A stretch of DNA of 63,834 nucleotides, counting the filler, from Octopus bimaculoides (Eukaryota), in NCBI RefSeq assembly GCF_001194135.2. It is 5 parts of 5 records of this genome, joined end to end, with 100 filler letters (N's around TTAATTAATTAA, not from the genome) between each part and the next. Parts side by side here need not be neighbours in the genome. Positions count along the whole stretch, not along the records: positions 1 to 16,068 come from NC_068983.1; positions 16,169 to 38,706 come from NC_068997.1; 3 more parts are not named here. One strand, given 5' to 3'. Below, in pieces: positions 14,620-26,472 of this stretch. Positions within the stretch are counted from its first letter, which is position 1; each line of letters starts with the position of its first letter. Both the position numbers and the translations under genes were made by a program. The notes beneath the pieces are model-generated. The model did no database searches. It saw only the letters and a program-made list of their open reading frames with translations, and was not told the DNA's origin.

Positions 14620-15420
14620 AAATAATTTCCAGCCTTTACTGGTGAAGAGCACTTCTAGGTATATTTCTACATCATCTTCAGAGTTGAATATCTATTCATT
14701 CAATGAATATTGAAAAGACTGAAACAGGTAGGAATCTAAAGACTCAAGGTCGGGCAAATATGAAGGGTGTGGTAAAACTTCTCCAGTTACGTTTGCCGAG
14801 GTCTGTAATTGTCGAGAGGAAAGACAATTTCCTGACAAGTAGGAAGTCCGAGACGCTTCTGGTGGATCACTGCGTTTCATTTGTCCAGTTGGTCAGGCAT
14901 CCGAACTGAAGGTCCTGTTCGACGGAAGAAGCTCGCAAAAACCAACACCCTTCTAACATTAATAAAGTTTAGGTGATGTCCTGCTTTGGAGGTTGTGTGT
15001 GGTGGTTCACCTTGCTTCTCACGCGGTCATTTGTGCTTCACATTGTTATAGACGATCAAGTTTTCGTCCCCTGCACCAACTCTCTTCAAGAAAGAATTTT
15101 TCTGTTCACGTATTTGCAACGATGAACTTTCATTGGGTCTCATTTTTCTCATTCAGTTGACGTGGGATCCAAACATCAGGCTTGCTAACGTTACCAATTC
15201 GATGCAGATAGTTTTCTACACTCGATTTTAGATATTTGGAGAATATCTGCAATGATTCTAGTAGTATAAAGGGGATTGATTTCCTAATTGTTTTTCACTT
15301 TGTTGCTGTTAGTCTCAGTTGGCCGGTTAGTGCGAGGTGCATATCGAACATAGACAATTCCCGAAAGAAACCGTGACAATCATTTCTGGCACACACGTTC
15401 TGTAACAGTACCCTCTCTAT
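14620..15420 (-). mobile_element. Mariner transposase relic
   Basis: Remnants WIPRQLNEKN (cf. WVPHEL), FLKRVGAGDEN (cf. TGDEKW) and EVLPHPSYLPDLESLDSYLFQSFQ (cf. HPPYSPDLAPSD). Stops and frameshifts. Confidence 0.75.
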
Positions 15421-16169
15421 ACACAATGCATATCTTCTTGCAGGTTATTGCTGCTTACATGATTTTTTTGTAAAAAAAAAAAAAAATAGCACGATGTGTT
15501 GATAATGATCTCAAGTATACGAAATGCATGTCTCGTCGCAAGTCCACGTCGAGCTATATTAGTTTGTCAGTTATCTAACGAATAAGCATGCAAAAAGGAA
15601 AAGAGCAAAGATAAGATTCCAGAACTGATAACCTTACTGAAGGGGAAAGACCTTAGAGTAAATGTGGAGGATAAATGACATACATATCACATCTGAGGAA
15701 CAATAGATCAATTGAAATAATCCTACTCACGCATTCAAAATAGGAAAACGGAAAGGTGATCAACCATCGTTGGATCTTCAAGAACAACTGTGTACAACAA
15801 TAGAAGCGAGATCATCAGTAGTGTTATGAACAAAAAAAAATCTGGACGAATATCAACAATATCAACAGTGACGATGCTTACAACTACTGAACAGCAACGT
15901 TGGTAGGTAAAGTTGTAAAAGTCTTTAAAATGGTGTATTACAACTCTATTTTCATACCACAGAAAGATACATATGACTAGATATAAACACTCAGTCAAAG
16001 ACACAACACAGCAAACTAGCATCCCGACTAAGCACTGTTATTTATAAACATTATATGAACACTATATANNNNNNNNNNNNNNNNNNNNNNNNNNNNNNNN
16101 NNNNNNNNNNNNTTAATTAATTAANNNNNNNNNNNNNNNNNNNNNNNNNNNNNNNNNNNNNNNNNNNNG

Positions 16170-16470
16170 GGAAGGCAGGGTAGGAAAGGTTATTGCGTAC
16201 GAGTGGCCAAACAGACCGGCATTCGTCACATGGCTTGGAATCGCCATTCTCAAAATAAAATGGCTAAGAAAGCCGAAAATAAATTTAACAAAAATGGGGA
16301 ATTCGCCACACAGGGCAGATTTCCCGTGCAAACAAGTTGCACAACTGAATATGTCAGTTGTTGCACAGCTTTTGTATATAAAATATTACTGAGAAACAAA
16401 CTTTTTAGAAGCAAAAAAGGCAAAACTTACGGAGCCGATGTGTCTACCGTCCGTCCATGATAGATAGGTG
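16170..16470. promoter_or_regulatory. CpG-rich segment, candidate MPPED promoter / first exon
   Basis: Locally dense CpG, non-repetitive, with YY1-like CGCCATT and AAAATGGC motifs, about 0.8 kb upstream of the ATG exon. Inference only. Confidence 0.35.
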
Positions 16471-16991
16471 AATTATTATATTGCTTAGAAACAGCTGGTA
16501 ACAGGAAGAACACTCAGCTATGTAAACTTGCTATGACAGATTCCATTCAATCTATGCAAGTATGGGTCGGATGAAGATGATGATGATGATGCTGACATAA
16601 TGTGTGTGTGTGGATATATGTAAAAAGCACTGAGTCCACTCTGTTGATTGGTTGGTGTTAGGAAGGGCAGTATAAACCCTGTCAAACAGACACTGTAGTC
16701 TGGGGTAGTCTTCTACCTGGCCTGCTCCTGTCAACTGTCCTACCCATGCATGCATAGAAGACTGACATTAAACGATGACGATCATCATCGTCATCATATA
16801 CATTCTACTATATAAATGTGAGTACATGTTGTTATGTATATGTGTTTAGTCTTAAAAAGGCTCTGAAACAGTACATCCTTAAGAAAAATGAATTTGATTT
16901 TCGAAATGTTTGCCTCAAAGACAATGTCATCCATAAATAATAATAATAGATACAATTTGTTGAGAAATAACTCAACTTTGTACGTGTGTGT

Positions 16992-17040
<49 letters not shown>

Positions 17041-17306
17041 NNNNNNNNNNGCGTGTGTAGTACTGAAGAACAACCTCAGGACATTGAACCTTTCAGAGAT
17101 AACAAAGGACAAAGATATCTGTCACCTTGCTGTACTCAAAATTACCTGCCAAAATAGAGAAATTCCAACTTGAATGGGCAGCTTATCTCTGATGTCCACC
17201 AATATATAAATATATATATATATACATATATATATTTATATATTTCTTTGCTTTTAGATCTTCAGATGGCATAGGTTCCAATTATATCTGAATTTGTTGT
17301 AAAAAA

Positions 17307-17316
17307 ATGTATTCTG
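17307..17316 (+). CDS. MPPED1: MPPED-family metallophosphoesterase, coding exon 1 (ATG TAT TCT G)
   Basis: ATG followed by a consensus GTGAGT donor at 17317. Phase 1 matches the next exon, and an in-frame TGA at 17289 lies upstream. Acceptor for this exon at 17257 (ttttag). Inferred, no transcript seen. Confidence 0.7.
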
Positions 17317-18029
17317 GTGAGTGGGAGGAGATTCAGTGGCGTGTATGCATTTCAGCTAGGCCTTATCTCTAAACCAATAAATCACATGAGTTAGCCATGT
17401 AATTTCCAATGTGTCATACTCCAACAAATGCAAATGTCCAAATTCTGACTCGTAAATTAAATTGCTTTGCTTTCTATTTTTGGATGTTATAAACGCTTTT
17501 GATTCAAATAACAAAACTTCAACTGAATCATTGAACCTCTTTTCCTTTACTATCCCAAGTATACTCAAGAAAGCGAGTTCGTCCTTTATTTTTTTCACAA
17601 TGACAATTACTATTATTAACTGACACTATAGGTTGCGTATTATCATGTGATATAAAACGTAGAATAGTAAAAAGAAAATACTTGCAAAGATAAAATTGTG
17701 TAGGAAGGTATTAAAGATATTCTTTTATTGTATCTGATATCAAAAAGTTTTGTTAGTCTTCGCTATATATATAAACTGTTATGTAATTTATTTCACAGGA
17801 ATAATTTGGTAACTAAACTGAATTGATTTTGAATTACCGGGAGACTACAAAACATACTCATCAACATTGTATATCGGAAAATCTGGCAAATGGATTTGAA
17901 AAAGTTTGTCAGCTCATTGGGTATGATATAACTATCTTTAACTATAGCTGTGTGTATGTATGTGAGAGAGACAGACAGACAGGCAGACAGACGGAGAGTG
18001 AAAGGCAGAGGTTGTGTACAATCAAATCA

Positions 18030-18243
18030 AAAGGTCAGCAATTTTGGAGGAGGGGGTAAATTGATTACATTGAACTCTGTTCTCGACTGGTGCCTATTTC
18101 ATTGACCCCGAAAGGATGAAAGATAAAGTTGACCACTGCAGGATTTGAACTCAGGACAGAAAGACAGATGAGATTCTGTTAAGCATTTAGCTTGGCGCGC
18201 TAACAACTCTGCCTACTCACTGCCTTAATAATAATAGTAATAC

Positions 18244-18307
<64 letters not shown>

Positions 18308-19653
18308 CCTTTCTACTATGAGCACAAGGCCTGAAATTTGGTGGTGGGGTGTCAATTACATTGACTCCTGTGTGTAACTGGTACTTATTTCATCAACTCC
18401 GAAAGGATGAAAGGTAAAGTCAGCCTTGGTGGAATTTGAACTCAGAATGTATAGACAGATGTTTATCTGGGAGCTTGGCCTCCAGTTCTGTGAGACTTAC
18501 AAATGCCACTGTTTGGACCAGACTAACACCCATAGTGACCCTAATGGCTAAAAAGATTTTCCTGCCCCTTTATAGGATCCTTTTTCATTTTCTTCCAACC
18601 ACTTGAAGGTTTATCTTGCTTCAGTCCACTCAGCTGGCCCAAATGAGTCATAGCTGTAATTCAAAGGGGCCAACCTTGTCATATTCTGTGTGAGGCTGAA
18701 TCTCCCAGAGAACTACATTAATGATATGCATGTCTGTAGAGTACTTAACCACTTGCAAGTTAATTTTATCCTCATGTGGTAATGAAAAGTGAAAGTGACC
18801 TCCAGTATTTGCTGTAGTTATTTGCCTCTGATTTAACACTGTGTCTATGTCTCANNNNNNNNNNGACCTCCAGTATTTGCTGTAGTTATTTGCCTCTGAT
18901 TTAACACTGTGTCTATGTCTCAACTTTTCTTTCGAATTATACATCTACTATTCTTGCAATATGATAAGCATTTAAATACACAAAACAAACGCCATCACCA
19001 CTCACTGTCTCTCTCTTTCTCTCTCACTTCCTCTCTGTCCTTCTCTCTTCCGCTTTGCCACTCACTTCTTCCATTGAAGTTGTGCATATTAATATTATTG
19101 ATAATGATAATAATGGTTTCAAATTTTGTCACAAAGGCAGCAATTTTGAGGGTGGGAATGAGTCGATTACATTGACCCCAGTGTTTCACTGGTACTTATT
19201 TCAGCAACTCTGAAAGGATGAAAGGCAAAGTTAACCTCGGTGGAATTTGAACTCAGAATGCAAAGACACATGAAATGCTGCAAAGCATTTGCTCGGCATG
19301 CTAACGATTCTGCCAGGTTGCCACCTTAATGATAATAATAATAATAATAATAGTGATTTCAAATTTTGGCATGAACCCAGCAGTTTTGGGGGAGGGGATA
19401 ATTTAATTACATCAACCCCAGTATTCAACTGGTACTTCTTCACCGACGAAAGGATGAAAGGTAAAGTTGACCCTGGCAGCATTTGAACTCGGAACATAAT
19501 GTCAGATGAAAAGCCACTAAGAATTTTGCCCAGCGTGATAATGATTCTGCAAGCTTGCTGCCTTAATAATAATAATGATAATAATAATAATATAATAATA
19601 ATAATAATCCCCTCCTCAAAATTGTTGGCATTGTGCCAAAATTTGAAACCAGT
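18030..19653 (-). mobile_element. Cluster of four SINE A copies plus one inverted tail, separated by (TAA)n
   Basis: Copies at about 18030-18228, 18305-18452, 19100-19328 and 19353-19563, with an inverted tail at 19606-19653, in MPPED intron 1. Confidence 0.85.
18229..18306. repeat. (TAA)n microsatellite
   Basis: Seen directly. Others at 14400-14475 and 19564-19710. Confidence 0.95.
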
Positions 19654-19654
19654 C

Positions 19655-19698
<44 letters not shown>

Positions 19699-19747
19699 AA
19701 TAATAATTAATGACAATGACTATCTATGTAACATTTTGCAGTTTCAG

Positions 19748-20023
19748 GCTCCAAAACATTCAGAGTAGATTCATTAAGTGAAACACCGGATAAGGCATGG
19801 GAAAAATATAAGAAACACTTACATATTGAAAAAGTAGATCCCCTAAGTTTGATCCATACAAGGGACCCAGATAAATATCTACGGTTTGTTTGTATTTCTG
19901 ACACCCATTGCAACATAGAGAAACAGAAGAATTTTGTGCCAGAAGGCGATGTTTTACTTCATGCAGGAGACTTTTCACACTGCGGACGCTTGTCAAACAT
20001 CAAAAAATTCAATGATTTTCTCG
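19748..20023 (+). CDS. MPPED1: MPPED exon 2
   Basis: Encodes ...DKYLRFVCISDTH...EGDVLLHAGDFSHCG...KKFNDFL(G), containing the DxH and GD metallophosphoesterase motifs. AG acceptor at 19746-47 (alternative at 19740-41), GT donor at 20024. Confidence 0.95.
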
Positions 20024-20155
20024 GTAATATATTTAAACTTTTTCTGACTTATTTCTAAAAAATAGTCTGTCTTTGTGTTTCAATTAACTTTCAATATTTC
20101 ACTTAGTGTGTGTGTGTGTATATATATGTCTGTGTATATATATATATATATATAT

Positions 20156-20199
<44 letters not shown>

Positions 20200-20406
20200 T
20201 TATCATCATCATCGTTTAACGTCTGCCTTCCATGCTAGCATGGGTTGGACGATTTGACTGACGACTGGCGAACCAGATGGCTACACCAGGCTCCAGTCTG
20301 ATTTGGCAGAGTTTCTACAGCATCATATCTCTACTTATATGTAACTTAATTCTGTTCCAATATGATATTGATTAGACAAACTATTAAGACACTTTTATAA
20401 TTGCAG

Positions 20407-20626
20407 GATCTCTACCTCATCAATATAAAATAGTCATTGCTGGAAATCATGACATAAGTTTTGACACAGATTTATTAAAAAAACCACAGTATATTTTCAA
20501 GAATGATATTGAGAAAGACCTCAAGGATTTACAAGTTGAGTCAGCAAAAGCTTTTCTTACCAACTGTATTTACTTGGAAGATTCTTATGTGGATATCCAT
20601 GGTTATAAGATCTATGGTTCTCCTTG
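20407..20626 (+). CDS. MPPED1: MPPED exon 3
   Basis: SLPHQYKIVIAGNHDISFD...LTNCIYLEDSYVDIHGYKIYGSP(W), with the GNH motif. ttgcag acceptor and gtaag donor, phases consistent. Confidence 0.95.
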
Positions 20627-21919
20627 GTAAGATTCAGTATATTTCATCATCATTTTATCTCTACTTTTTCCATGCTAGCATGGGTTGGATGAGATTTCTT
20701 GAGGCAGCATTCTATGGTTGGAAGCCCTTCTCAATACCAACTCTTATTCTTTTTACAAGTTAGGTACTTTATTACATGTTTTCACATATCAAACTGCTGT
20801 TGGCCATTTTTTTTTGTTTTTGTTTTTTTGTGAGAGATATAACCCTTTAGTATTTCAACCAGCCATAGCCAGCCGAAACATTCTACCTGTTTTATGTTCA
20901 AACCAGCCAGATCTGGCCTCTCACACCTACCCTACTATGTTATTCAAAAAATATACAACAACATCATCAAAGTTTTAAAGCTATGAGATAACTGCACGAT
21001 TAATTCAAAACAATGTGAATAAATAAGTATTACATTTGACAGAGTAATCTGAATGCTAAAGAGTCAAACAATGTAATTGTAGCTGAGGCAATATCAAAGC
21101 AAAGATGTGTATGTACACACACACACACACACACACACATACTAACAGTTGTTAGCTAATATCTGTAAGGAGGCCACTGAAGTAAGTTAGACTCAGGAAG
21201 GACAATGATAATGAAAAAAATAAAGAAATTGTAAGTCATGGCTGAAATTCTTCCACTAACTTTTCATAGTATATCAGTATTCTATTTAAAACTGATGTTG
21301 GTATAGAATTAGCACCAATTAGTCAATGATAATTACAGAAATAAATTGTCATGTGTTGTTCAATAATAATTACTCTTCTGTCTAATATCACTGTCTTTGT
21401 CAGCTAATTATGATAAAAAATACATACACACCAAAATAGCTGTAACATCAGGTGGTTCTGCTATACTCTAACATTTTGTTCAGTTGCAAACATCTTTCAC
21501 CATATTTTCTAAAGAATTTGAGCTATTTTGCATTGATTCAACACTTCCTTAATTGTTTCTGCTGATCCAAACCCATAGCATAAATTTCACCTTATGTCTA
21601 TGTTAGAAATAAATTATTAAATAAGTACCAGTTATGCACTGGGGTCGATATAGTCGACTTAATCTGTTTGTCTGTCCTTGTTTGTCCCCTCTATGTGTAG
21701 CCCCTTGTGGGTAGTAAAGAAATAAGAAATAAACATATACCTCTTGAAAGTGCTAAGTTGGGTTGATATGTTGTGAAAAGTAGGTCATAAATGGTAAATC
21801 CCAAACAAGTCTTGTTTGCTTAATATCTTGGATAAAAAAAACAAGATAGCAATCATGAGTATAAGATAACATTTTGTTGATTGCCAAATGGTACCTCAAC
21901 TAATGGTTATATCTAAGGA

Positions 21920-22192
21920 GTCAAGGCACATAGCTTAGGGGTTAGGGTATTCAGTGCATAATTCTAAGGTTATGTGTTCGATTCCTGGTGGTGCATTGTG
22001 TCCTTAAGAAAGATTCTTTTATTCACATTGCTCCAGTCCACTCAGCCTTGTCACATTCTGTGTCACGTTGGATCTCCCTGATAACATGTGTCTGTAGAGT
22101 ACTCAGCCACTTGCATGTTAATTTCACAAGCAGGCTGTTCTGGAGAACAGATCAACTGGAGCACTTGTCACCATAACCAATGGAGTGCCAAT
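21920..22192 (+). mobile_element. tRNA-derived SINE, family C
   Basis: Head ggcacatagcttagggttagggt...gttcgattcctgg, body ccttgtcacattctgtgtcacg...cacttgcatgttaatttc. Related pieces at about 18650-18780, 24068-24310, 43310-43500 and 63640-63762 (-). Confidence 0.7.
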
Positions 22193-22489
22193 TATATCTA
22201 CGAACCAGATATTTGAAATATTGAACAGTGCAATTATATTTATACCTTTTTAGAAGTCTGTGGTAGATTTAACTTTAGCTACTGAACAACTAAGATTCTT
22301 CTTCAAAGAAACATCCCTACCAAAATGTTATTATCTTCTTCATTTCAAAACTCACCTCTTTTGTTATTTTTAAAAAATTATATATCTGATTTTGCTGATA
22401 GAGGCCATAATTAGTCTACCAGTTCCAGTAACTAAGTTTCTTTCTCTTTTTCAACCTGCCTATTATCCTTCTTTAATGTATTCCAAAAC

Positions 22490-22665
22490 GAAGAGCTGGC
22501 AGAATTGTTAGCTTGCCAGGGAGAATGCTTAGAGGCATTTTGGCCATCTTTACATTCTAAGTGAAATTTTTTCTGAGGTCAGCTTTGCCTTTCAGTCCTC
22601 CAAATTTGATAAAATAGGTACCAGTTGAATATTGGGGTCAACGTAATCAACTAACCCCCACCCCA
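22490..22665 (+). mobile_element. SINE A, CpG-decayed
   Basis: aagagctggcagaattgttagc...ctttgcctttcagtcc...aataggtaccagttg. Confidence 0.75.
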
Positions 22666-22933
22666 AATATACATATTTGACACCAACATATAAGTTGCCT
22701 GTGGAGCCAACATTCATAACTACCCTATATTTGCTGCATCTGTAAAGGATTACATCAGAGATGAAAGTTTCAAATCATTATGACACCCCATTAGTGACAT
22801 CTTTGTTACATGTCAGACAACTTTATACAAAAACTATATTTAGTTTCAAATTGATTCTACAAGAACCTGAAACACACTGAACATCCTCTATCACCTGATG
22901 TCACTTGTATCTCATAGTTTTCTTTTTACACAG

Positions 22934-23049
22934 GCAACCACTTTTTTGCAACTGGGCCTTCAATCTACCCCGAGGTAAGGAACTGCTGGAAAAATGGAAT
23001 CTTATCCCTGATGATGTGGACATCTTAATGACACATGGACCACCTCTGG
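22934..23049 (+). CDS. MPPED1: MPPED exon 4
   Basis: QPLFCNWAFNLPRGKELLEKWNLIPDDVDILMTHGPPL(G). acacag acceptor, gtaag donor, 116 nt. Confidence 0.95.
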
Positions 23050-23072
23050 GTAAGAGAATTTTCCATTTAATT

Positions 23073-23112
<40 letters not shown>

Positions 23113-23268
23113 CTTTGTAAATTGTCTGTATATCAACACCACCCTGAATATTCTCCATCATCATCATCATTTAACATCTATTTTCCATGCCAGCATGGGT
23201 TGGATGGTTTAACTGGGGCTGGCGAGCTGCACGGATGATGATTTTCTTCTTTTATCCCCATACTACAG

Positions 23269-23379
23269 GTTATGGAGATCTTTGCAGATCTGGCTTGAGG
23301 GCTGGTTGTGTTGACCTCCTCAACACCATTCAGAAGCGTGTCCAACCAAAATTTCATGTTTACGGACATATTCATGAAG
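23269..23379 (+). CDS. MPPED1: MPPED exon 5
   Basis: YGDLCRSGLRAGCVDLLNTIQKRVQPKFHVYGHIHE(G), with the GHxH motif. ctacag acceptor, gtaaaa donor. Confidence 0.95.
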
Positions 23380-24319
23380 GTAAAAATTATTTTCAATTAC
23401 ATCATTTCTTTTTTTTTATAATTAATATTGTTTACTTGTAGTCATGGGGCTCTCCATCAATCAAGGTTGACCATATATTGGCATAGCTATGCGCATACCT
23501 GAGCAAGGTTTTTTTTTTTTTAAAGGAAGATTAGCAGTTGCCCCTGCATACAAGTTTCCCCTCTCCATGCCACCAATATCTATCCAAAGGAAAGGTTGCT
23601 AACTTGGCCTAACATGGCTTGGCACCAGTGTTGTGGCTGTCAGAACACAAGGAGCCAGAACAAATACTGTTACACATCTTGCTTGAACCCCTAAGTTTTA
23701 CCAATAGGTACCTGAATGGGTACTTTTTTATTGACCCCACCAGAAGGATGAAAGGCACAGTTGATGCTGGTGGTATTTGAACTCAAAGCATAGAGGTTTG
23801 GAACAGATATTATGAGGCATTATATCTAATATTGTAACAACTCTACCAATTCAGTTTTCTTATAGCCATAGGGCTTGGATTTAAGCGAAAGAAATGAAGT
23901 TGTGATGTTCATGCAATTTTTTTCAGTTGTTAGCAATATGATTGATTTCCTGTTAGGTATTTCAACAGAGATTACAGATTCTATGGAAGCTTGACTCAAT
24001 TCTATGGAATTTGTGATAAATACCAGTAATACAGTGGCTTATTTCAATCAGCTATATTCTTCCTAAAGTGGAAGTGCATGGCATAGTGGTTAAGGTGTCA
24101 GCACCATGATCGTAAGATTGTGGCTTTGATTCCTGGACTGGATGTGTTGTGTTCTTGAGCAAAACACTTCATTTCATGTTGCTCCAGTTCACTCAACTGT
24201 AGAAATGAGTACCACTGGTGGAGGTACATCACTTAGTGGTTAAGGTATTGGATTCAAGACCGTAAGATTACAGTTTCAATCCCTGGACCAGGCGATTCAT
24301 TTCATGTTGCTTCCAGTCT

Positions 24320-24513
24320 TCAAGTCCCAAAATTTTGGGGGAGGGGGCCAGTCAATTAGATCAACTCCAGTACACAACTGGTACTTTATCGACCCTAAAA
24401 GGATCAAAGGCAAGTCAAGCTTGGAACAATTTGAACTCAGAACATAAAGACAAACGAAATACCATTAAGCATTTCGCTCGGTTTGCTAACGTTTCTGCCA
24501 GCTCTTCACCTTA
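24320..24513 (-). mobile_element. SINE A
   Basis: Reverse copy ending gctaacgtttctgccagctcttcacc. A more decayed reverse copy lies at about 23700-23850. Confidence 0.8.
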
Positions 24514-24591
24514 GAATCAGAATTATTATTGCAAGGTATCCTACCCGATGCTGGTAGTTCTGCATATTTTTTTTTCTAGTGTATCTATTCA

Positions 24592-24918
24592 TAGGCACAG
24601 GAGTAGCTATGTGGTAAGAAGTTTGCTTCTCAACCACATGGTTCTGGGTTCAGTCCCACTGTGTGCCACTTTAGGCAAATGTCTTCTACTATAGCCTTGT
24701 GAGTGCATTTAGTACACGGACACTGAAAGAACCTCATGTGTCTATGTATATACGCTTGTCTTTGTGTCTGTACCACATAGCAACCAATGTTGGTGTGTTT
24801 ACATCCCCGTAACTTAGCAGTTCAACAAAAAATAGTACTGGGGTTGATTCAGTCAACTAAAATTCTTCAAGGTGCGGAACCAGCATGGCCACAGTCTAAT
24901 GACTAAAACAAGTAAAAA
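24592..24918 (+). mobile_element. tRNA-derived SINE, family B (CORE-like), CpG-decayed
   Basis: ggcacaggagtagctatgtggtaag...gggttcagtcccact...gcaaatgtcttctactatagcc...cagcatggcc...gactaaaacaagtaaaa. Confidence 0.8.
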
Positions 24919-24981
24919 AATTAATTAATTACTGTTCTTTTACTGATATAGTAATTCTGAACATCTATTTTTATATTTCAG

Positions 24982-25106
24982 GTTATGGCATCCTGACTAA
25001 TAAGATGACAACATTCATCAATGCTTCAAGCTGTACAATAAACTATTGCCTCACAAATCCACCCATTGTATTTGATCTCCCCTTATACAAGTCTGAGGCA
25101 TCTTAA
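24982..25106 (+). CDS. MPPED1: MPPED exon 6 (last coding exon)
   Basis: YGILTNKMTTFINASSCTINYCLTNPPIVFDLPLYKSEAS*. tttcag acceptor. Summed CDS is 858 nt (285 aa + stop), in frame. A single invertebrate gene would be co-orthologous to vertebrate MPPED1 and MPPED2. Confidence 0.93.
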
Positions 25107-25368
25107 CATTACAGAAAACGCTTACATTTCCACTCTTCTTTCTTTCAATTCATATAGTTATTTAATGTTAAACGTTTTTGTTAGGATTTTTGTTAAACTG
25201 TTTTATATTCAATTTTTCCAAGTTGCAAGTCAGATTGTAACACAAATCCAGACATTTGCATTAATTTTTGAGAGCAAATGTTTCATAGCCAGTTGTCTTT
25301 CCTATCATCAATATAAACCATTCACTTGTGAGGAGAGGGTAACACAAGAAAAACCAGTAATATTTAGT

Positions 25369-25565
25369 TTAACCCTTCAGTGTTTAAACCTGTTTTGTGT
25401 TTCAAACTGGTCAGATCTAGCTTCTACCTATTCAACAATATCATTTTGAATACAGACAGTTACATCATCAAAATATCAAAGCTACAAGATAATACATAAT
25501 TAATTGAAAATGACGTGAATAGATAAACATTACATTTGACAGTAAAATGAATGCTGAAGGGTTAA
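25369..25565. mobile_element. piggyBac-like MITE (TTAA-flanked)
   Basis: ttaa|cccttcag...ctgaaggg|ttaa. Related copies at about 20839-21067, 33253-33448, 36995-37162 and 37800-37998. Confidence 0.75.
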
Positions 25566-26124
25566 ACAATCAACATGATTTTATGTTTAGGGAGAGTCAT
25601 TATGCCAATATAATTAACTTAACACACACACTGGTTCAAATCCACTCAATTGGTTAAATATCCAATTGTTTTGTCTTTTGTTTGTCAAAGCTCTTTCATT
25701 GCTACTTGCAACTTTTTCAATAACTACCGACTTAGCCTGTTATAGAGGCTGTGTTTGTTTGTTTGAGATCTTGCTGCATGTGAGCCTGCATGCACTTATG
25801 CTAGTGTATTGGAAAGGCTGCAAATAGTAATGAAAGAGCTTTGACAAACAAAAGCAAAACAATCAGATATTTAACCAACTGATTAATAATAAATGAGTGG
25901 AATCGAACTAGTGTGTGTGTGTGTGTGTTAATTATATTGGCATAATAACTCTCCCAAGACACAAAATTTATTTCAACACAAATTCACATAGAGAATCTTG
26001 CAAACCAGATGCAAAAATGAAACCAACATGGTACATTACCAATAATGCATTTTCCATCAAGAGTTATTATAAAACTGTTATATCAGTAGAAAGTAGCATT
26101 ATATTTCATGAATTGTTTGTTACT

Positions 26125-26472
26125 TGTGGTAAGTAGCTTGCTTACCAAGCACATGGTTCTGGGTTCAGTCCCACTGCGTGGCACCTTGGGCAAGTGTCTT
26201 CTACTATAGCCTCGGGCTGACCAAAGCCTTGTGACTGGATTTGGTAGTCGGAAACTGAAAGAAGCCCGTCGTATATATATATGTATGTGTGTCTGTGTTT
26301 GTCCCCCCCAACATCTCTTGACAACCGATGTCGGTGTGTGTTTACGTCCCCATAACTTAGCGGTTCGGCAAAAGGGACCGATAGAATAAGTCCTGGGGTC
26401 GATTTGCTCGACTAAAGGCGGTGCTCCAGCATGGCCGCAGTCAAATGACTGAAACAAGTAAAAGAGTAAGAG
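26125..26472 (+). mobile_element. SINE B, near full length
   Basis: B-box ggttcagtccc, gcaccttgggcaagtg core, tail gactgaaacaagtaaaagag. About 1 kb after the MPPED stop codon. Confidence 0.9.

Noticed and set aside
17356-17598. 80-aa minus-strand ORF in MPPED intron 1
   Set aside because: No recognisable motif or splice support, and the length is within chance for AT-rich DNA.
18813-18925. Exact duplication on both sides of a 10-N gap (also at about 59740-59800)
   Set aside because: Typical unmerged contig overlap rather than biology.
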